Assembly (NCBI RefSeq): GCF_006345805.1
Contig: NW_021824318.1
Span: 1-19,032, forward strand
DNA: 19,032 nt
Reading direction: 5' to 3'
DNA from: Octopus sinensis
Taxonomy: Eukaryota
Both the position numbers and the translations under genes were made by a program. Below, piece by piece: positions 17,665 through 19,032 of this stretch. Under the pieces are notes generated by a model, which saw only the letters and a list, made by a program, of their open reading frames with translations, was not told where the DNA came from and did no database searches. Within the stretch, counting starts at the first letter, position 1, and each line of letters starts with the position of its first letter.

Positions 17665-17914
17665 AACGCTTAAGAACCGGTGTTGGTTTTTTTTTTTACA
17701 TCCTCAGAACTTAGCGGTCTAGCGATAGAGGCCAATAGAATCAGATGTATCAGACTATTAAAAATGTTCTGGGGCCGATTTGTTCGACTAAACCCTTCAA
17801 GGTGGTGCACCATCATGGATGAAGCCCTGTGACTAAAACAAATAAAAGGTGAAAAAAACAAATAAAAGGTGAAAAAAACAAATAAAAGGTGAAAAAAACA
17901 AATAAAAGGTGAAA
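17665..17914 (+). mobile_element. Old CORE-type SINE 3' half with a 4 x 20-bp tandem tail
   Basis: GGTGTTGG...CTTAGCGGT...TGGGGCCGATTTGTTCGACTAAA..., then AAAACAAATAAAAGGTGAAA x4 (17835-17914). Confidence 0.75.
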
Positions 17915-18039
17915 AAAAAGAAAACTTGCATCCTTCAATACGGCAGGATCTGATTTGTAGGGAAGTTGGTTGTTATTTTTAGCAGGCCGAGCGACCACGT
18001 AGAAGCACCCTCAGTACCACCCCAACATCCCCAGTATCC

Positions 18040-18410
18040 TAATATCGGCTGTTGGAGGTACACTGTGAGGCGGAGCGGTGTAGCATTGAGGTTGTGAAGT
18101 GGTCTGGAGGAGAGGAGCTTGCAATGAAGTGGATGAAAGGTTGGGGGGTTAGTGTGGAGGAGGGGTTTGTTCGGGGTGGGGGGGTGGGGGTGGAAGGGAG
18201 GGGGGCTTGTTGAAGATTGGCGGGTGGAGTGGAGAGGGGTCTGGAGGCCGAGTAGGGTTGCGGGGGGGAGAGGGGTAGGTAGGTCTTTATTTCAGTGTGT
18301 GTGAGTGTGTGAATGGAAAATTGTGGTGGTGAAACCGGGAGGAGAGGTTGGAGATTCGGGTGATAGGTAGGGTTAGGGTTTCGAGGGTGGGAAGGGTAGG
18401 GCAATAGAGA
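18040..18410 (+). other. G-rich strand-asymmetric tract with G-quadruplex motif
   Basis: GGGG-T-GGGGGGG-T-GGGGG-TGGAA-GGG-A-GGGGGG at 18173-18205. Confidence 0.6.
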
Positions 18411-18514
18411 AAGACCCTTCATATGAAATAACCTATAATTGCTTTATTCTGGTCAGGGTTGCACACATATCAAGCACTTAAGATTAAACCCACTTTATTT
18501 GGTGACCAGGTTAG

Positions 18515-19032
18515 TGGCATGGTAGTGGTGGTGATGGTGATGTTGTAGTGGTGATAGTGGTAGTAGTGGTGATGGTGATGGTGGTGGTGACGGTAGCGGT
18601 GGCGGTGGTGGTGGTGGTGGTGACATTAGCGGTGGTGGCGGCGGCGGCGGTGGTGGTGGTGATGTGATGGTGATGGTTGTGGTTGCAGCAGTGGTGGTGG
18701 TGATGATGTTGTAGTAATAATAGTGGTGTTGCTGGTGGTGGTGGTGGTGGTGATGGTGGTGGTGGTGGTGGTGGTGGTGATGGTGGTGGTGGTGGTGGTG
18801 GTGGTGATGGTGGTGATGTTGTAGTGGTGATAGTGGTAGTAGTGGTGATGGTTTTGATGGTAGCGTGGGCGGCCGCGGTGGTGATGTGATGGTGACGGTT
18901 GTGGTTGCAGCAGTGGTAGTGGTGTTGTAGTGGTGGTGATGGTGGTGGTTGAGGTGGCGGTTCTTGTAGTGGTGGTGATTGTTGTGATGGTAGCGGTTGT
19001 AGTAGAGGTAGTGGTTGCAGTGGTGGTGGTGG
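18515..19032. repeat. Degenerate (GGT/GAT/AGT)n microsatellite running off the window end
   Basis: Direct reading. Confidence 0.95.

Noticed and set aside
18039-18422. 127-aa Pro-rich minus-strand ORF
   Set aside because: Follows from C-rich strand composition; no domain recognised.

Overview
AT-rich, microsatellite-dense eukaryotic non-coding DNA. The SINE families suggest an octopus or other coleoid cephalopod genome (inference). I found no confidently supported intact protein-coding gene, and nearly all ORFs in the track are microsatellite or SINE read-throughs. The window contains: (1) at least four tRNA-headed SINE families, two copies with clear TSDs; (2) relics of two Tc1/mariner elements (maT/DD37D-like and DD41D-like), a Penelope-type RT split by nested insertions, a LINE ORF1/APE junction and a Helitron-like end; (3) a ~0.75-0.95 kb inverted duplication with modular subrepeats; (4) a cluster of Penelope-style minimal type I hammerhead ribozyme motifs. 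One hammerhead is apparently intact and sits in the tail of a tRNA-headed SINE-like element (14033-14078). One has a compensatory G3-C8 core (13557-13608), one is near-intact (10885-10922, minus) and four are decayed. All alignments and folds were done by eye; family names come from motif recognition, not database searches.
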